A stretch of 63,630 bases of DNA, filler included, from Folioceros fuciformis (Eukaryota), in the NCBI GenBank assembly GCA_049999805.1. It is 6 parts of 6 records of this genome, joined end to end, with 100 filler letters (N's around TTAATTAATTAA, not from the genome) between each part and the next. Parts side by side here need not be neighbours in the genome. Positions count along the whole stretch, not along the records: positions 51,722 to 63,630 come from JBNGIO010001024.1; 5 more parts are not named here. The stretch is one strand, 5' to 3'. This document shows positions 60,569 through 63,630 of this stretch, piece after piece; position 1 is the first letter of the stretch, and every line of letters begins with the position of its first letter. Under the pieces are notes generated by a model. That model saw only the letters and a list, made by a program, of their open reading frames with translations, was not told where the DNA came from and did no database searches. A program made the position numbers and the translations under genes.

Positions 60569-60992
60569 CATCCACCTATTGTTCACAACCTGTATACATC
60601 CCGTAGGGTTATGTTACGGTAATAGGAGACGCAGGAAGAGAAATTGTATGACGCGTGATTGGCACTGCGTAATATGCACATATAGCGCGTGATTTGGGGA
60701 CTTGCCCTCGCAGGCATTCGCGATGGCGTGTTCGTATACGCGACGGCAACCGAAAGGGGCAGAGAAAGAGGTCAAGTGGATGTGATTCGGGAGATGGAAT
60801 CTGAGTGCAGCACCGCAGATCCCGCGTCACCGTGTGTCAGGCGACTTTCGTTTGCCCAAGTGAATTTCCTTTTCCGCGAGTCTTTCGCTGGAGGAGCGAT
60901 GAGAACATGCTTGGTGGATGGCGCCCGACTGCCGTTTCCAGTTTCAGCCTTGAGAAGGGCGAGCGCATTTTGAAGTTTACGACGGTCTTGGG

Positions 60993-63545
60993 ATGGCCCG
61001 CTGGTTTCAGCGCTCCAGCTGCGCCTCGTTGCAGAGCAATGTCTTGTCCTCCGCCGGCGTGTTGGATAATCTGGCATCGTGTGGCGGGTGTGACCTGGCC
61101 GTCTTTGGGTGCCGACTCCGCAATGAATCCTCCTATTCGGGCCTGGGCCTGGGCCTTCGCCTTCATCGTGCATCTTCCCCCGTTCCCGCTTTGAGGAAGG
61201 ATGTGAAGGTTTGGGCATCTGCCAGCGATCAGTATCCCTGTGCCTGCAGGGGGTTGCAGGGATCCAACTTGTTGCAATCGAATCTTGCCTCGAGCTGCTT
61301 TGTCGACCGACTCATTGTAGCGCCCCAGGCCGCCTCCGGAGCCGCCACCACATCCTCTGATTTGTCTTTGGATGAGGTAAGACCGCTCTCGGTCAGTTAC
61401 CGTGCGTGGGGAAGATTTCGCTGTCGCTTGATGAATCTGATCTGGTGGGGTTTCCGGCCGTCCAGGGTGTTGGAGGTGTTGGCAAGAACGTGGTTGGTGA
61501 CTTGGTGAACTTCCTGAATGCATCCTGGACACCCTTCCACGCCACAGGTGGGTATCTGACTTCAGCCTGCTCTCTGTTTTCTGCCTGCGGTGTGCCCGGC
61601 TCAACCCAAACTGCCGTGATGTTTGGACTCGTTGCTTTGGCTGCAGCGGAGGCAAAGCGGTTGCTCCAGGAAGCTGGGTTTGTGCAGTTGCACGAGGCAG
61701 ATGAATGGCAAGTCCAACCTGGTGGCCGATATTTTTTCACCCGGAACATGTCGTCCATATTTGCGTTCGCCGTTGGTGAAAAGTAGGTGTCGTGTCTTGT
61801 CCATGGGTTTGGAAAGATATCGACTTGTTTTGTCTGTTTAGCGGTGTTGAGTTTTGTCCAGGTATTGCGGCTCTGGGAATCTTGATTTTGCTCTTTGAAT
61901 TGCCTGGAACAGGTACGAATCTGGAAACGCATTTCATGTGATAGCAGCACATACGGACAGCCCTTGTCCCAAGTTGAAACCTGTGTCTGCTGCCTCCAAG
62001 GCTGGCTTCCTGAATGTCGGTGTTCAAACATACGGAGGTGGTTTGTGGCATACTTGGTTCGACAGGGACCTTAGTGTGGCAGGGCGGGTTATCCTGAGGA
62101 GGGCAGGGAAGCGTGTGGAGCAGGAGCTAGTGAAGGTGGAAAGGCCTATTCTTAGGATACCGACTCTTGCAATTCATTTGGACAGGTAGTTGCTACGTTT
62201 TAAAGGTGAAGTGGTGGTGGCACGTTGGAAAGGATGAGTGTGAGTTGGGCGTGGGTTAGTAACAGGGACAGCGTTTGTGGTGACATGGAAGATTTCAGGT
62301 CAATCAATACTGATGGATTCAAGCCAAACCTGGAAAGTCATCTGGCGCCGGTGCTGGCCACGCAAATAAGATCAGAACTGTCCGGTGGGCATGATGAAGG
62401 GAACGGTGCAGCATTCAGCGTGAACAAGTCTCACCACTCGCTCCTGTTGCAGGTACCGATGTGCTGACGGGGCGGTGAGACGAGCAAGCAAGGTTGCACT
62501 TAGAGCTCTGCAAAGAAGGAATGGAGCAAGAGTTATAACGGCCGGCGGTTTGTGAATGCAGGTGTTGGCAGAGGAGTTGAAGTGTGGCGTAGAAGAGATC
62601 GCGGACTTGGAGCTGAACGTGTGTGACACACAGGCGGGTTGCATCGGCGGGGCGAGGAAAGAGTTCATCTTCAGTGGAAGGCTGGACAATCTGGCATCCT
62701 CCTTCTGTGCTCTACGCGCTTTGATAGACACGTGCAAGTACGACACAGCTTTATCGGAGGAGACGTGCATTCGAGCTGTGGCTCTATTCGACAACGAGGA
62801 GGTGGGGGATGGCTGGCTGCAAACGCGGGGTCCAGCTAGGCCGGGACGCGCAAGGGAGGAGTGGTGTGGAGTGGAGTGAAGTAGAGGAAGCATCAGAAGT
62901 TTTTGGAAGGGTGTGACGCGCGTGCATGTATGTATGTGCAGGTGGGATCTGAGTCTGCTCAAGGGGCTGGGTCGCCGACCATGTTTCAGGCAATGAAACG
63001 GATTAGCCGACTGCTGAGCCGCGGCGTGGACAGGGAGGGCATTGTGGAGCGGACGATCCGGAAGTCTTTCTTAGGTGAGAAGGAGAAGAGTGGTGGGTTG
63101 ATTGGGTGGATTTTGGATGTGGATTTGTGGATTGGTATGCATGATGTGGGGTTGGTGCGCAGTGTCGGCCGACATGGCTCATGCTGTGCATCCCAATTAT
63201 TGCGAGAGGCATGAGGAGCATCACCAGCCGAAGTTGCACGAGGGGCTTGTGATAAAGCACAACGCCAACCAGCGGTACGCCACAACGGCGGTGACGGCGT
63301 TCCTGTTCAAGGAGGTGGCTAGGGCTTGCGGCATCCCGACGCAGGTGAGCACAGAGAGGTAGAGACGGCTCCGAGAGCTGGCTGGCCTTGGTGGGTGATG
63401 AACGCTGACCGGGTTGTGGACCGGATGTGCAGAACTTCGTAGTGCGCAACGACATGGGGTGCGGGTCGACTATCGGGCCCATCTTGGCGGCCGGCATGGG
63501 CATCCGCACGGTGGACTGTGGCATGCCGCAGCTGTCGATGCACAG
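60993..63545 (+). CDS. DNPEP: M18 aspartyl aminopeptidase paralogue B, canonical, with transit peptide; last exon beyond the window
   Basis: [60 protein letters not shown] and LSMH are all canonical. The start and first exon(s) are uncertain. Confidence 0.93.
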
Positions 63546-63630
63546 GTAGGCAAGCTGGCGGCCTCTTTGCTTTCTTTGCTTTACTTCTTTCCCTTCGCTC
63601 CTTCGGGGGCTTTCCCTTCGCTCCTTGGGG

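Noticed and set aside
42764-63545. A 'proteostasis gene cluster' (proteasome subunit, aminopeptidases, cyclophilin, E2, E3)
   Set aside because: It spans an artificial spacer, and these housekeeping categories are common enough to co-occur by chance.

Overview
Eukaryotic nuclear DNA from a land plant with a compact genome. Short GT-AG introns, GC-rich intergenic DNA and a PLS-PPR with an elongated L motif suggest a hornwort-like, seed-free lineage (inference). The window is not contiguous: five identical 100-nt artificial spacers (44 N + TTAATTAATTAA + 44 N) join six contigs. Contig 1 (1-12320): a decayed Ty1/copia element (minus strand, LTRs, Met-PBS, PPT), a divergent LFR-like ARM-repeat gene, and further TE debris. 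Contig 2 (12421-21423): ALG10 followed closely by a 15-exon MRS2/CorA Mg2+ channel with a C-terminal EF-hand pair. Contig 3: GC-rich, probably retroelement DNA. Contig 4: a small secreted LysM protein. Contig 5: PADRE/DUF4228 gene, a conserved plastid protein, glutathionyl-hydroquinone reductase, FAM192A/NIP30, TRAPPC12, a PLS-E PPR, a proteasome alpha-5 pseudogene, SUVR5 and a truncated secreted protein. Contig 6: two M18 aspartyl aminopeptidase paralogues flanking CYP21-4, UBC7 and NOSIP/CSU1. The two best candidates for new biology are the MRS2-EF-hand fusion and an intact M18 paralogue that has lost catalytic residues (probable pseudo-enzyme) about 6.5 kb from its canonical sister. All gene models were spliced by hand and family assignments come from remembered motifs; no database search was run.
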